The notes under the pieces are model-generated. The model ran no database searches and had not been told where the DNA came from. It saw only the letters and a program-made list of their open reading frames with translations. A program made the translations under genes and the position numbers. Positions 47,578-61,033 of a DNA stretch of 64,000 nt are shown one piece after another; the stretch's first letter is position 1, and each line of letters begins with the position of its first letter. Origin of the DNA: Massalongia carnosa (lineage: Eukaryota); the NCBI GenBank assembly GCA_965645245.1, contig OZ287082.1:62001-126000 (forward strand). The letters are read 5' to 3'.

Positions 47578-48272
47578 TATAGGGGGTGGAGTGGTGATTC
47601 TCAAAATTAAAATTGCTAGCGGTCCGGGAGTTGGTTCTTTTCGGCTGATACTTGGTAAAGGTAGCGGGAATTCAGGTGACAGTCTTTCTCTTAGTTATAG
47701 ATAGTTTTTTTCCTTTTAGATATAGAGCAAGCATGCTCGTAGCAATAGCTACAAAACATTGCTATTATTTATATTCTATTGTTCTCTTGCCATGCTAGCA
47801 GTAGTGGACTACGCACATCACCCAGTTTATCCTTCCGCTGTGACGAAGCGACATAGTGAGTAGATTTCTACCATTGCGCCACCTGTCCTTCCCGACCAAA
47901 AGGCACAATACTTAGTCCGTAGACCGAGCTCTATTCTACTATAATTGGGACTCCTACTATGTTCGCTGTAGGTCCTGCCGTCCGCACCACGCATGGTCGA
48001 ACCGTTACACTACCGCCCGCTTAGCTGCGGCTAGCCCCTAGCCGCTTCCAGTTATAGTTAGCCCCGAAGAATGGGCTCTTCTTAGCGTACGGCCCTCGCC
48101 GATCCGACTTAGAGAGTTTTCAACCAACGCTTTCCCGTTTCGTCCCAGCTTCAGTCCGTCGAAGCAAGGCGAAAAAGCGAGGAACTCAGGTCAGGAATCG
48201 AACTCGCGACTAGTACACTAATTAATGACTAAGTATTCTGTGAATTCACTTTTTCGCTTCGTCACATCCACA
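47578..48272 (-). mobile_element. LTR family E with nested TRIM copy 3 (47839-48266)
   Basis: Outer TSD ACGT/ACCT; inner TSD TCCGC/TCCAC. Confidence 0.85.
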
Positions 48273-48453
48273 ACCTTAAGAAAATACGTAAAAAAAACCA
48301 TCAAAAAAACATTATCGTCAATGAAATATTTGTTTTAATTCGTTTCAAAAAGTATAAAATATTAAACTTTATCAACGCAATAAAAATGAAAGAAGTAAGA
48401 AAATTTTCTTAAATAGAATAATATCAAAGATCTTATGAAGAAGTGATGGATTA

Positions 48454-51017
48454 ATCGTCGGCTCGCTTACCTCCGGGATCCGACTTGAAAAAATGTCGAC
48501 CGCATTTTTAGTCGGGGAAAGCGGTTGCATCCCGGAAAGCGGTTGCATCCCCTCAAATTCAAATTTCTTCATCTTTTTGATCATTGACCAACAACCACAT
48601 TGATTAAAAATCAGTCGCTACCGTACATAGCTTGAAAATCATCGCCGTCATCATCACCGTCGTCAAAATCATTTCCCTTGACCCCCCTGACCCCCTGACC
48701 CTCGTGATTCTCCGCTTACTCCGCATACCCCGCATACCACGCATTCTACCAATTATTCGCATCTCCTGGTTGAAAAGATGCTTCTAAATCGAATTCTTTC
48801 AATGATTCTTCCAAATCGAAAGATACGAAATCATCTCGTAGCCATGTTTCTCCTTCTAGAAGATCTGGAAGGATTGAATTATCTCCATGACCGGTGCTAT
48901 CTACGATAAACGTGACATCTTCCTTATTGACATTGTCACGCGGATTCTTTCTAATTTCCTTCTTCGCTTCCTCAGCTATCCATACCTCATTCGTGGCCTT
49001 CCATAATGCCTCGGGGTCAGGAATCTTCCCATACATCTCAATTTGAATGGGACCGAGCATTTTCTGCATTTCTTTCAGCTGTTTGACTCGATCTCTTTCT
49101 GTTTTTCGAGCAGCCAATCCCTTGACATGCATTTCATCTCTTTCTATTCGCCATAGCTTCATGAAGCTATTATTCGCTCGTTTCTCCTCAGCCTCTTGAT
49201 CCTGTTGTAGTCTGATGGCTATAGCCTGCTTTGCATCTTCCGCTGTAATTCCCAATCTTCCGGTTTCTGGTCTCAGACGTTTACGAGACATTCGTCTGTT
49301 ATTTAACTGACTTCTTCTTGATTCTCGATGCATTTCTAACTCCATGCCATCGATAATCATATTCGAAACAACTTCATTTGTATTGTCTACAAATGAGTCC
49401 CATTCCTCAGCCCGAGCGGGATCACTCCATTGCATGGATTTTCTGATTTCGGTCCCCATTGACTCAAACCATACTCAATGTCAGCTACTTTTGTCGGTTG
49501 GATTTGACGAGGTGGGGGTATAGGTAATGAGGGCTCATTATTCGTATTCAGACTGTTTAATGAATCATTGGGATCATTGGGATTGAAATTTTTCAGCTGA
49601 CGAATGCATGCCTTTGGATCAATCGGCCACATTCCCGACTTTTCAAATGCATACCGAATCGTAGAAGTCTTGAATGTAAGATTTCTGCTTTTGGTCAAGT
49701 CCTGTATAAATTGAGACAGAATACTCGACAAATGACGACGCAACGACTTCCTCAATAGCTTTGCAATGCCAATGCTTATAAGGCTGAAATACGCCCACAT
49801 CCAATGGTTGCATGCAATGAGTTAAATGCGGTATAAAGGGAAAGGGTCGGATGCGATTCTCATTGGCCAAAAGTGAAAATTCAGGGGTTGTATGACTGCC
49901 ATGATTATCAATCAGCAATAATTGCCATTCCGCATCAGGTCCTGCATTTGTATGATTGATAAGATGCTTCAAATATTTAAGTGCTATCTTATCAGATGTA
50001 AAATCACTGTTCGAGGGCACACCTTCCGAAAACCATGTGGCCATGATGTCATGACCCTGTACGATGATCATTGGAGGGGGGGATAGTCGCCGGCAGCATT
50101 GATAGTCTCAATAACTGTCGCAGATCTGCGATTTTCCGGGCTGACGGCGTAGAATTGTTTGATTTCCTCAGGAACAATGATTTCCTGACCCCTCATGCAT
50201 CCAACCCGAAAACCAGCTTCATCAAAGTTCAAAATGTTCCGACTTTTTCGAATTTTCAACTCTTTCAACACCTCTCTATATATTTCAAACCATTCCATCA
50301 CATCTGATTCTTGGGCAGCTTTATAACGAATCATTGCTAGTGGTTTTGTCTTTATTTTATGAAGTTTGTTACATTTCCACCAGCTCCGAAACCATCTTCT
50401 TGACGGGCCTACCTCGAGGGGGTTATAGGCCTTTTTCAGACTTACAATAGCCTTGAAAACCATCTGATGTGTAGGAAGAATTCCATGAATCAATAAGGAC
50501 TTAATAAAGCCTGTAATTGACCTTGCCTCATGCTCCCTCAGTATCTGATTTTGTCCTCCAATTTTCCTCCCTTCTCGTCGACGAATGGAAGACGTCAAAG
50601 TTTTAACGTTGATATTGTAGATTCTAGCTGCAGTCGTTTTACTTTCTTTGGGATGATTTGTCAGAATTTCCTTCGCCTTTTTCAATCTTTCCATGGGGTT
50701 GAGAGTGGAGACAAGGGAGGCGTCGTTATCCATGATTCGAAAGGGGAGATTGGTTCGGGGTATTGATTCGAAAGGAAAGGATTTGAATTGATAATCAGTT
50801 GGGTCGGAGAAATGATTTTCAAGCTATATACGGTATCGGCTGATTTTTAATCAATGTGGTTGTTGGTCAATGATCAAAAAGATGAAGAAATTTGAATTTG
50901 GGGGGATGCAACCGCTTTCCGGGATGCAACCGCTTTCCGGGATGCAACCGCTTTCCCCGACTAAAATGCGGTCGACATTTTTTCAAGTCGGATCCCGGAG
51001 GTAAGCGAGCCGACGAT
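48454..51017 (-). mobile_element. Full-length pogo/Fot1-like DNA transposon
   Basis: ~190-205-bp TIRs (48454-48641, 50812-51017), TA TSD. Confidence 0.95.
48746..50733 (-). pseudogene. pogo/Fot1 DDE transposase, frameshifted
   Basis: NFDEAGF, LIDNHGSH, THCMQPLDVGVF across four overlapping ORFs. Confidence 0.92.
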
Positions 51018-51472
51018 TAATTCAATCAGCAAAACGCCTTCTTGAATGAATATATCGAAAAATAGGAAAGCTTCCGTGAGCAAATCAAGTAGTAATTAAT
51101 CGTGTTAGCATTGTGAATGACCCGATGACGTTACAATTGTTGAAAAACTCAGCTAAGCTTTTGTAAACGCAAAAGCAGATCGACTGTGACGATTCAGTCA
51201 GAATGTGAAATTGACTATCTACTGGGAAGCTATGCGCTAGAAAATATCAAAGATGCAAAAAGGAAACAAGCATAAGGTACCCTCATCAGGAGTCTATTTA
51301 AATAATCGATCGACTCGATCCAATTGCTTGTGTCTTTATCATTAAGTGATTAGTTTGATCAAACAGTCTTTCGGTTCTTTGTTTCTTTCAGTCATTTGTG
51401 TTTGCTTAAAAATTGTTTCGATGCATCTTTTTCAGTTCTTTCAGATCTTCGTTGATTGTTTTTATGATTGCT

Positions 51473-52620
51473 TTATGATGATCGACATCTCGTGAATGAA
51501 AATAGAAGGCAAGCGCTTCCTGCGATCGCTTCGACGAGGCCCTCATACTCTACACTCAGTTTCTGCCATTCTTGCGCTTTCCTTGTACGCGCTAGGTCGG
51601 CCGCAGTTTTAATGCGTTGATAAAAAGCTCTAGCAGTTTTCGCGAATATTGCGACTCGGTGAAGTAGCGCTCTGCAAAGCATCCTATCACTGGATCATCG
51701 AAGATAGTCATACGGGAGCCATTGCATGCCGTATGCTAATCTTGAAGATAAGCTTGGATCTTCTGCAAACGACACATATCCTGATAACGAGGTAGTTGCA
51801 GGACATCTAGGATCTCGGGTAGAATGCCAGGATTATATTCCCTCAATAAACCAAAAAGTTTAGTGGCGCACTCATCGATTGACATCCAAAGTTCCATGAC
51901 TGTCAGAAGCATCATACACTTCTGCTCGGAGTTGGAATCATAGGCGCCCGCTACAGCACTCAAATATGTGACAATCTTCTTCGCAAGCTCCCCATACCGT
52001 CCCTCGCAGCTGGTTTTCGAGGCCGGTTCAGCCACACGACTACATTCAATTTCTGTTTCGAGTTCTGAAAGCGAGAAATAACGATTGGAGGAATTGTTAA
52101 ATATAGATCCCGTTGGTCTGCATAGCGTGGCAGAAGCAGAACTGGTCTTTGTATGGTCTTCTTGAAATCAGTCCAAGCGACTTCTATATGATTAATAGTA
52201 GTTTGTGCTCTCTTGTGGAGCAGTGGCCCAAGGGTAGTGAACATATAGTCGTAGACCGGACTGACAGTGGGTGACGCTCTATCCATGTCGACTTCCAGCT
52301 TGACAAGACGGCGACATAACTTTGCTTTAAGGAAGGCCAACACCTCCGGACAGAGATGATTCAAGGCTTTGTCTATCAGACGCGCAAGAATATGACAAAT
52401 CAGGAATTTGTAGTGTGCTCGTCCCGTTTCCACACCGAGCAGCGGACACAGATGCATCTGAATACCCACATGTAGCACCAGCCAGAATGCACATCTTCGC
52501 CACGGCCTTTTAGCTCCATCGGTCCAGGAAACACCATCTCGCACACGTTTACGCAGCAGCGGAGGAAAGATGCGGTGACCATTAGCTTCGAGTAACGTCA
52601 TTAGCATCTGCGTGATTGTA
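51473..52620 (-). pseudogene. Internal fragment of a giant fungal protein of the DUF3638/DUF3645-associated family
   Basis: ITQMLMTLLEANG...LRKRVRDGVSW...PWRRCAFWLVL and S.MLLTVMELWMSID.CA motifs, recognised from memory; broken frames. Confidence 0.6.
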
Positions 52621-52969
52621 GCGGGATTGATGTAGAAAAGAGAAAATTAGAATCGTTCACTTATCGCAAGCGAGTGATTACCCCCCCGCCTTTAAGCCTA
52701 AAAACTTATAGCTTCGGATTTGGTGGAAGACAGCAGAACATCCTCATGGACTGACAGAATGTGCGAACGGACTCTGCGACGCATATTCAATTGCCGCTTT
52801 CATTGTTGCATCTCGAACAGGTTTGCATGGTCATTCCAGCTTTGGCAGATCAGCATCAGTTTACAGGAAATCAAGACCTTTCACCCAGCAAGCGTACTTG
52901 TCCATCGGAGAGCATCCCACTAGACTCTATTAATAGGGCTCATAACGGGGTAGGCATGATACTTACTAT

Positions 52970-53720
52970 GAGCGATGACCCCAGACATTTACTAATCATA
53001 AGATGAACAAAGCTCTTGCTGCTAAGCTGAGAGCGCAAGGGTATATACCCATTAGTACCGCTAAAGGCACGAAGCTGTATGATCGGAAGGTGAAGACGCA
53101 GAACCGGCTAAACAGCTTGAAGGTCAGACTGCGAAGAAAAGGCCCGGAAGCAACATTTCCGAAAGGCAGATACAATCGCTTTTGACTCACAGTTCTCGAA
53201 TCACTCGGCCCAGAAATCACCCATGGGCGACAAACCTGTGAAGCCTCGTGAATACGACATTCCTGAGTGGGCCGAGGTTGCACGGTGGATATGCTAACCA
53301 GTGACTGGCCTCACAGATCGAGAACTGCTTAAACGAAGGATCAAGGGAGTTGAAGCCATGGCAGCTATGTGTCGTCGACAGGAGATTCGACGTCACCGCA
53401 AGCCAAAATCTCAAGTCAAGCAGGAAGAGCCAGATACACCTTTAGAGGATCCCAAAGACGACATGATAGACAGCCCCTAGGACACTGTCAAAGATATTTT
53501 TTCATTGGTATGCAAGAAATCCCAGTGGATCTTTTGTCTTGGTGATGAGCGTAAGCCTTATAGGGAGCGCATTTTTGAGTATAGCCGACGGATTAAGATG
53601 ATGAACGAGGTGGACAAGCATTTAAGGAAGTTTGCACCCAACGACAAGGTTCAGCCAGTGTCCTCATCTGATGTGCAAGTCAGCGTCAATGGTTTTACCG
53701 GGCGTCATGGCTGTGAGTAG
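52970..53720 (+). pseudogene. C-terminal remnant of a DUF3435 tyrosine recombinase (Starship captain)
   Basis: Across frames: AKGTKLY...HFRKADT...EYDIPEWAEV...RRIKGVEAMAAMCRRQE...CKKSQWIFCLGDERKPYRERIFEYSR..KMMNEVDKHL...CPHLMCK. Confidence 0.75.
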
Positions 53721-53822
53721 CTTAGATCTGTTCCATAACATTTTATGTAGTTTCTAGAATAAATCAAATACATTTTGAACCTGACCCTAAGACAAGTAGT
53801 AACGGGAGGGAGAGGCGTTTTA

Positions 53823-56339
53823 TTATCCTAAAGCTTTTTGACTGCCGAACTCACCCTTCAACGAGAGCCCGTGCGGCAGAAATTTCGACTTCTTGCCCTT
53901 TTTGGTCCTTTTATACCCACTGTCCGGAGCCTCTGGAGGGATGGCAGGAGCAAGAATTTCCTCCTCAAACACGATCTCACGCTCGGGTCTTTCAATAGTT
54001 GGGCGCCTTTCGGATTCGAATGAAAGTCTAGACGCTTCATCAGAGTCATTTGACTCATCGCTTGCAGAGTCATTGTTGAACTCGGAATCGGATTGAGTTG
54101 CGCCATCATCTACACCTATCCAGGATATAAGCAACTACTGAAATGGAACAGGCAGGGGCCTGCCTTACCAAGGAGTCTAACGCCGATGAAGCGCTTACAG
54201 GTATCAGAGCCTTTAGTGAGGACGTCAAGCTGCTTGATCAGTTGTCCACGCTGGGCACGGTTCTCCTCGGATTCACCAGCCATGCTCGTCACGAGCTCGG
54301 CTGACATAGCAGAGACAGCTACGGGAGTGAAGATACCGCCGAGTGGGGAGATGAGCTTCGCTTCGATTACTTCGATGGCGATGTCGTCGATGAAGCGTTT
54401 CAAGGCAACCTATAATCACACGATGGGGTTAGTAAGGGAGATAATGGAAGTAGGGGCAGGATAGAAATAGAGAGTCGACCTTGTAATAAGCCTCCATACA
54501 ATCTAAAGCTTCGGAACAGGCGAAGCGATTCATGTCTGGTTCTGTACGTTGCGCCAAAGCGGTGACGAGTTGGCGGAGGTCATGGTTGTTACCACAATAA
54601 TGTAAATTTTCAAGGGAAGAGACGCCAAAGAATTGTTCTACGATCTTGGAGTATTCATTCTGGTTGCGTTCGTAACGGAGCTTTTGGAGAGTTTCCGTGA
54701 AATAATGGTTGTACGTGATTGGATGGCTTTTCTGATGGGGTGTTAGCAGCTCGGTGGTCTTCTCATGCAAAGTTTTTAAGAGCTGGTTCAGAGCAGGCTC
54801 GAAGATTTTTTGAAAGAGTGCTTTGGAGGTTGTGACATCAGCGACGTAGGCGGTTGCATGGGCAAGGAATTCCTTAACGGCCTTCCAGACTTTGTCAACG
54901 TGGCTCCGAGCGATGGCTTCCCAGGAAGTTGATTGCTCCAAGAACAAATCCGACACGATCATGGGATTGAAGGTCCCTGGCAACTCTCGGCCCTTGGTCC
55001 TCTTCATCAGGTGCTGTATATGGCCAAGGAATTTATCTCTGGTGATAGGAATCACATCTTTAGAGATGTGACTTGTGTCTTTTGAATCGGTGACCTCGCG
55101 GCAGTGACCTCGTCTAGCAATGTTAACCGCAAAGTTTGAATTGAGGTTCTGCATCACAGCTCGTATACGCTTTTGATAGCCGGGTTCTGACTTGGCGTCT
55201 CCAAAGAACGGATCGTTATATGTACCATCCACAGCAGCTTTGACCAGAGATTGGAATGATTGACTTAAGTGGAATAGGTAGAGCTGCTGCTCTGCTAAGG
55301 TAGCTCGAGGGTCCCCAAACTTATCCAACCGGCTGCGGCAAGCGCCTGACTTGAGTTCAATCTCATCAATCAAACTGGGTAGCTCGGCAGCGATTTGTCC
55401 AAGCAAGACCTTGCTGAGCCTACTCCGTAACTTTTCGACGCCTAAGAGCGACCGAGACATGTCTCCCCATATCCCTTGGGAGAAGAATTCCTCTTCCTTG
55501 ACATCGCGATCCGCTAATGACCACTCTCCTGTTTCGGAGTCCATGTTTTTCAATACATGCCACCCAAGACGGAACTCCACGTCCTGGTTTTTGGCAAGAG
55601 AGACGTACATGGCTTCACTCTCGGAACCTGCAATCAAAGTATCAGGCTTTGTGATAACACCCAATGTCCGATTACCCTTTTTATCAGCTGCACGGGCGAG
55701 CTTCAACACGATTTGGTTCGAAGCATCATTCTTTGCCGAGACCACGGCGAGAATGATGCTTCTCGGTTCTTTCATATAGGATTGAACGACATCTTGCACG
55801 AGCTCAACATCGGAAGCAGACTGCTGTTTTGTTTCGGAATGGATGAGTCCAGGTAGGTCCACAATTGTCAGGTGAGGCCGATCAGGACCCGAGACCTCCA
55901 CTCGAAGGAGATCTTTCGAGAAAGCTTTGCCATGGGTTGAGATTCCCATAGCCGCTTTCGCGTTCTCAATCAAATTCGGAAGCCCTTCGAAGCACTCCAG
56001 CTCTTCGTGAAAGCTGCTGAGAGCAAGTTGTTCGGACTCACTGCGAGCTTGATGCGGGACGATCGACACGCTTACACCCATTTGCGACGTCTTGCGGAGG
56101 ACTAATTCTGTCGGAAATCGAGTGCTCAGGTTGCTTTTGACAGGAAAAGATACCCCAGAAATTGCCTCCAGCACGGAGCTCTTTCCAGACGACTGGTCGC
56201 CGCATACGATGATCTGTGGCAATGAGACATAATGACTAATGCCTTGCGAACGGAGACAGTCTACGGAGTCCAGCAAATCTAGTTGATCTTTGGAACCAAA
56301 CCCATTTAGGGCATCTGTCTGGAACGATGTCAACACCAT
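53823..56339 (-). CDS. Dynamin-family (Mx-like) GTPase, three exons, apparently intact
   Basis: G1 GDQSSGKS, G2 TRFPT, G3 DLPG, G4 TKPD, GRELPG; YYK|VALKRFID across intron 54479-54410; second intron ~54169-54117. Confidence 0.93.
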
Positions 56340-56599
56340 TTTGAATGTTGACAGTTGAGGTAGATTTGATGAAGGTAGAATTGAAGGCGGGAAGACCAGA
56401 AAGGTGATAAGCAAAGTTGCAAACGCATTAACCCGCACCGTGAAAATACAGGCTCCAACGCAAAGGTGTGGTAGCACAAGTTAGCTTCTTTCCATTCTGA
56501 TGCCGAGAAGTGAGTCATAGGAGAAGAGAATAACACGTCGCATTTAGGTAAATAGTATGGTTGGGTAGGATAATGCTACAGCTCGGCTAGATTTATACT

Positions 56600-57620
56600 A
56601 GACGTGGGTCCATGACTCTTGGAAGGGCTATCATTGGGTGCAAGCTGCACTGGGCGCTTTAGGAATATGCCCCTGTTGCTCAATTGGTTCACCGACGCGG
56701 GACCCTGAAACATCTTTCTCCTATACTTCTACACCCGCTACAACCCCTATTCAGGAGGCTTCTGGCTTCATCCAACGGAAACCACCCATTATGTTCGGGG
56801 AAGCGGATGATCTGCAATGGAGCCTGGACGAAAGTGGCAACCAATCGGTGCAGTCTTAATGACTAATTAGTTCTTAGTCATCAAGAAGTTCTTAGCATTA
56901 CGTTCTCAGCACTAGTTATTCTATTGAATTGAACTGGGACTCACCAATTCTGATACTTCCCGCTGCACTGACCAGAAAGCTTGCGCAAGTCAGCGAGCCA
57001 TGCTCGAAACCCTGCTTATGGAGATACGCGAGTCCCTCTAACACCTGCCTCGGTCAACTTGCTGGTCCAAGATAATTCATATGTAGTTACCTCTTTTCAG
57101 TCTTGACCGTAATATGCTGTACTTTGAGCGACTTTAAGGTATTGTACGATCGGGAGTACGGGGAGCAATGAATGAGCGATTAATGACCAGTGATCTATGA
57201 CAGACGCAAGGGATTCTTAGTAGCAGTCAAGCTTAGTGTTGGGCGTAAGGGTCGGAGACAATCAATAAGGTTTGACGGAATTAATTCGAGTATATTCGAA
57301 GCTGGGACACATTGAAACGAAAATTCGTTCTTGGAGTTTTGGTGGTTCTGCTTATGAGGACTAAATGTTATGGCTTGTTGCTAGAATGTGTTGAGTCGCT
57401 CCGCAAGTCACTTTGACAGGCTCTTCCTTTTCTGCCATACCAACCAAATGAGGTGGGCGTTGTGAGCTGGTTCCTGGGGCGAAACGGCGTTGGCCAAGTG
57501 CTTCGCCATTTCGGTCGTATCACCTTCCATCTGCAACCCCCTTCCTGTGCTATGTGTAGGTAGCGCCTGCATTCCGGTTTGGCATGAGGTATCAGAAGCT
57601 TTTAGAAGGACATTAACACA
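56600..57620 (-). pseudogene. Degenerate kinase-like (pseudokinase) gene
   Basis: Exon ~57044-56945 reads VLEGLAYLHKQGFEHGSLTCASFLVSAAGSIRI between CAG and GTGAGT; HGSL replaces HRD; outer limits approximate. Confidence 0.55.
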
Positions 57621-57710
57621 CGAGCTGGGCGAAATGTTTGACGAGTGTAATAAATTATTTGCGCTTGCGTCTCCTCGTTGTTTGTAAGATACAAAGAGCG
57701 AATGCCCGAC

Positions 57711-60681
57711 CTATCCCAAACTCCCCTCTCCGCTGGCTATCTTAGCTATAGCCTCATCGAAAGCCTCAAGGATAGGTTCATATAGCTTCTCCGGATCCGG
57801 CGGGGTTCCAGTAAACAATCCATCCTTATATGGGAAGAGGATACCCCGTATCTCTTGACACAAAGGCTTAAGGTGATCGAATATTGAAGAAAATTCCTCC
57901 AAAATGTCCTCAAACCCGTCAACACCCATATCGCCTCGTTTACTTCGAGCGATATCATCATAATCGCCCGTGTACCACTTCGTTAAAATGCTTTTCCTGG
58001 GTCTATCCACCAACTTGCACCCAAATTCCCTTTCCCACGCACGACGAGCGCAGATCCATAGAAGCACATAAAAGAATGACTCGAGGTCATGCCGATAGGT
58101 ATGAGCGACTCTGCGTAGCACTTCAATCGCCATAAACTCCATTGTGCCTGTCTGATGCCGTGCGCCGGTTCGCCCGCCACCGACTATTTTCGGAAGATCT
58201 ACATCGATCAGCATCCCCGTGAAGCCATTGGCCTGCTTTGGATTTGTTATTATGATATTGTTTTCCGAGATGTCTCTGTGCAGAATAGATCCTTCCAAGT
58301 ACAAAGATCTATGCGCCTTGATCGCATCACGAAGTGCCATTAACAGCTCTAGGATCGAGTAAAAGTCTTTGATTGCTCGTCCGGCCGTCGAGATAATTAA
58401 GCAGCCGAACACGCGATTGTCGAATGATCTGTCGCTTGGGCCACAGAAACTCGAGGCTTGTGTATTTTCAAGGGCTTGTGACGATTCGTTTTCTTGAGAT
58501 AGGTCTGATCTTTGGCTATTGGATCTCGACCGCTTCGAAGACTTTTCTTCGCTTTCCTCGGATTTTCGTTTCCTTGTACCGGCATTTCCCGGGGCTTGCG
58601 ACACTTCGTACTCCTTGCATGACTTCGACTTTTGACTGATGGATACGGGCTCATTAAGCAACTTTCCTTCGTGGTCCACAGACTTCGGCCCTTTGTCTGT
58701 GTAATCTTTAGGGCCTCTGTAGCATTGTGTTCTTGATGTAGCCTTGACCTTTGACTGTTGGATCTTGACCTTTTAAAAGCTTTTGCTTCGTTATCTGGAG
58801 AATTTCGTTTCTTCGAAGAGCTCCTCGAAGAGATCTGGACGATATTCGAACGTGGGAACGGACCGAAAGACCGAGAAAGTGACTGCTGTGATTGAGACTG
58901 CGAGAAAGATGCCGAGGTGTTTGGCGAGGTATTTTGGAATCGGTGAGGAGCAGGAAAGATCAATCCGCTGCGAATTTCCTCGATGCTAGTTATGCGTTAA
59001 TAGCCCAGCAATCTTGCAACTCCTTTTACACCTTTCTGATGTGCCAACTTCAGAAGATCTGCCTCCGGTGGCCGCATGGCGGATGTCCATGAGAATTTGA
59101 CTACATCTTCCAGATCCTTGGTGCGATGACAGGTTGTTCCCCGACAAACAATAGCTCGTTGCACGACAAGCGGAGTACGCTCCAGCCGAAATCTCTTTTC
59201 CTTTCCAGTAGCATCTTCCGTAATGATTATGAATAGATCTTCATCACTCCGCTCAACGAATGTGTCCAAGCCCAGCTCTTCGTCGCTCATCATAGCGTAC
59301 CCTGCAACGGCTCGAATAAATTGCTCGGGTTCCTCGTCGATATCGAATTCACCAGAGCTGTAAGGACCAGATCGATCGAACACCCACAGCTCCATGATAG
59401 TTCCGTGGAGAAAAAATCCATGAATGAAGCGGCGAGTAGGCTAGGCGGTAAATACATCACGCATGTACTTACCGAGTCGAAGGAGCAAAGTTTTAAAGTC
59501 ATGCATTGATTGCTTGTGCTCACCAATGACCCGGACGTCTTTCCACTTGTGTATCGTTCCTACCTTGTCGCTCTTCCGTTTGATGAAGAGATCGAGCTGA
59601 CGTCGTGCCTCATCACCAGTAAGATCCTTGGTACTTCTGCTTGTATAGTAGACACCTTGCGCATCGGATAGAAACTCATCCTGAAAATGGACTAACCATT
59701 CCCATACAGCATTCTGCACTGGCGGATCGGGGAAGTCAGTCCACCGGCCGTCGACATGTCGGTCCTTCACGGCATTGTATATTTCTTTGCTCCGCTCAGT
59801 CCACTGCTTGCCCTCGAAATACTTCGAGAAGAATCCGCCAACATTCCTGTATGTGCATCTCTTGATTTAATGGAAAATCGGTCCATTCAACAGCTCTTTG
59901 GTCTCCTCATCACCTTGCTGCGAGACGGAAGAATGTGTGATGGGCGTGGCGTTGAACGAGACAGGAAGGCTTGTAGGAGGGGTTATCCGGAAGAATGTAG
60001 AAACAAGATCGAAGACGGCATTCCAAATAGCGAAGTCCGATGCCTTCTTCATGACTAATTCTGATAGCGTATGATAAGATTGTATCAAGCTGGTTATCGC
60101 TTAGATATGCGTAAGCTTTCCAGCTTATTTGTTAGGCAGGTTTACGTTCTAAAAGAGACTCGTTTTGGATTTGATAAATTGATCTGGTTTATTTAGGATG
60201 GTTGTTGATGATAGAAATCATCTCTAGCGAAATATCTATTTTATCTTATCCCATCACCTTTTGTGTGTACTCGGTAGCCAGCCATTCACTAAGTGTAACA
60301 CTTGCTGACCGAGTGACACTTCTATTAGTGGTGATATTGGCAGGCCACCTACCAATTAGTGTGGTCTAATCGGTTAACAGATTGGTAGTTGAAGTCACCA
60401 CTCCGAACACGTCTGTGAAGTGTATCTAGCTCAGAAGCTATATCTCCATTTCCAGTCTTTGAACGAAGGTTAAAGGCCACGTCATGACCCTGTAAGATAT
60501 AGAGAAGCCTCGATATTGCCCTTGAACATCCTTGGTTAGGATTTTCGACAGCTCCATCGTAAGAGGAGCCCAGCCTGTAAGACTGCTCTGCTTTTCGAAG
60601 TGAATCTCGTAAATGCTCTAGGGTGTCATCCAAAGGATGCTTTGTGATGACAGTGCGATCGTCTTGCGAAAGATTGGCCAT
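57711..60681 (-). pseudogene. FunK1 (Pkinase_fungal) protein kinase with stops, a frameshift and an LTR insertion
   Basis: WVFDRSG, AIVCRGTTC, VVKFSW, LHRDISENNI, TGTMEFMAIEVL, HTYRHDLESFFYV; premature stops at 59867, 59441, 58997. Confidence 0.92.
60083..60379. mobile_element. Solo LTR inside FunK1
   Basis: TSD GATTG; termini TATCAA...TTAACA (mutated TGTCAA...TTGACA); removing it restores FNYQSYHTLSEL. Confidence 0.82.
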
Positions 60682-61033
60682 GTCAAGACAGAAGGCGCCA
60701 GGCCAGCTCTCATCGCGTATCAAGAAAACGTCTCATAAATTTCTAGGTACTTTTAGCACAGGTCATTATACAGCCTCCGGAAATAAATGATATACAGTTT
60801 GGTGAAGAAAGCCGACAGTTAAGAATTGGAGTTGGCAACAATTCTAGAAGGTATTACGTATTATTTTACTAGTACAATATAGGCTTAGTGCCTTTGAGTG
60901 GTTCTAAGCGAGGCGAACTGAGCGACAATAATCAGAGCAAGGCTACTCGTACATAACTTGATAATAACATCAGCGCAGCTACTACTCCCCCGAAACCCAC
61001 CCTCGCATCATGATAACGGTGACGGAGCTATAT

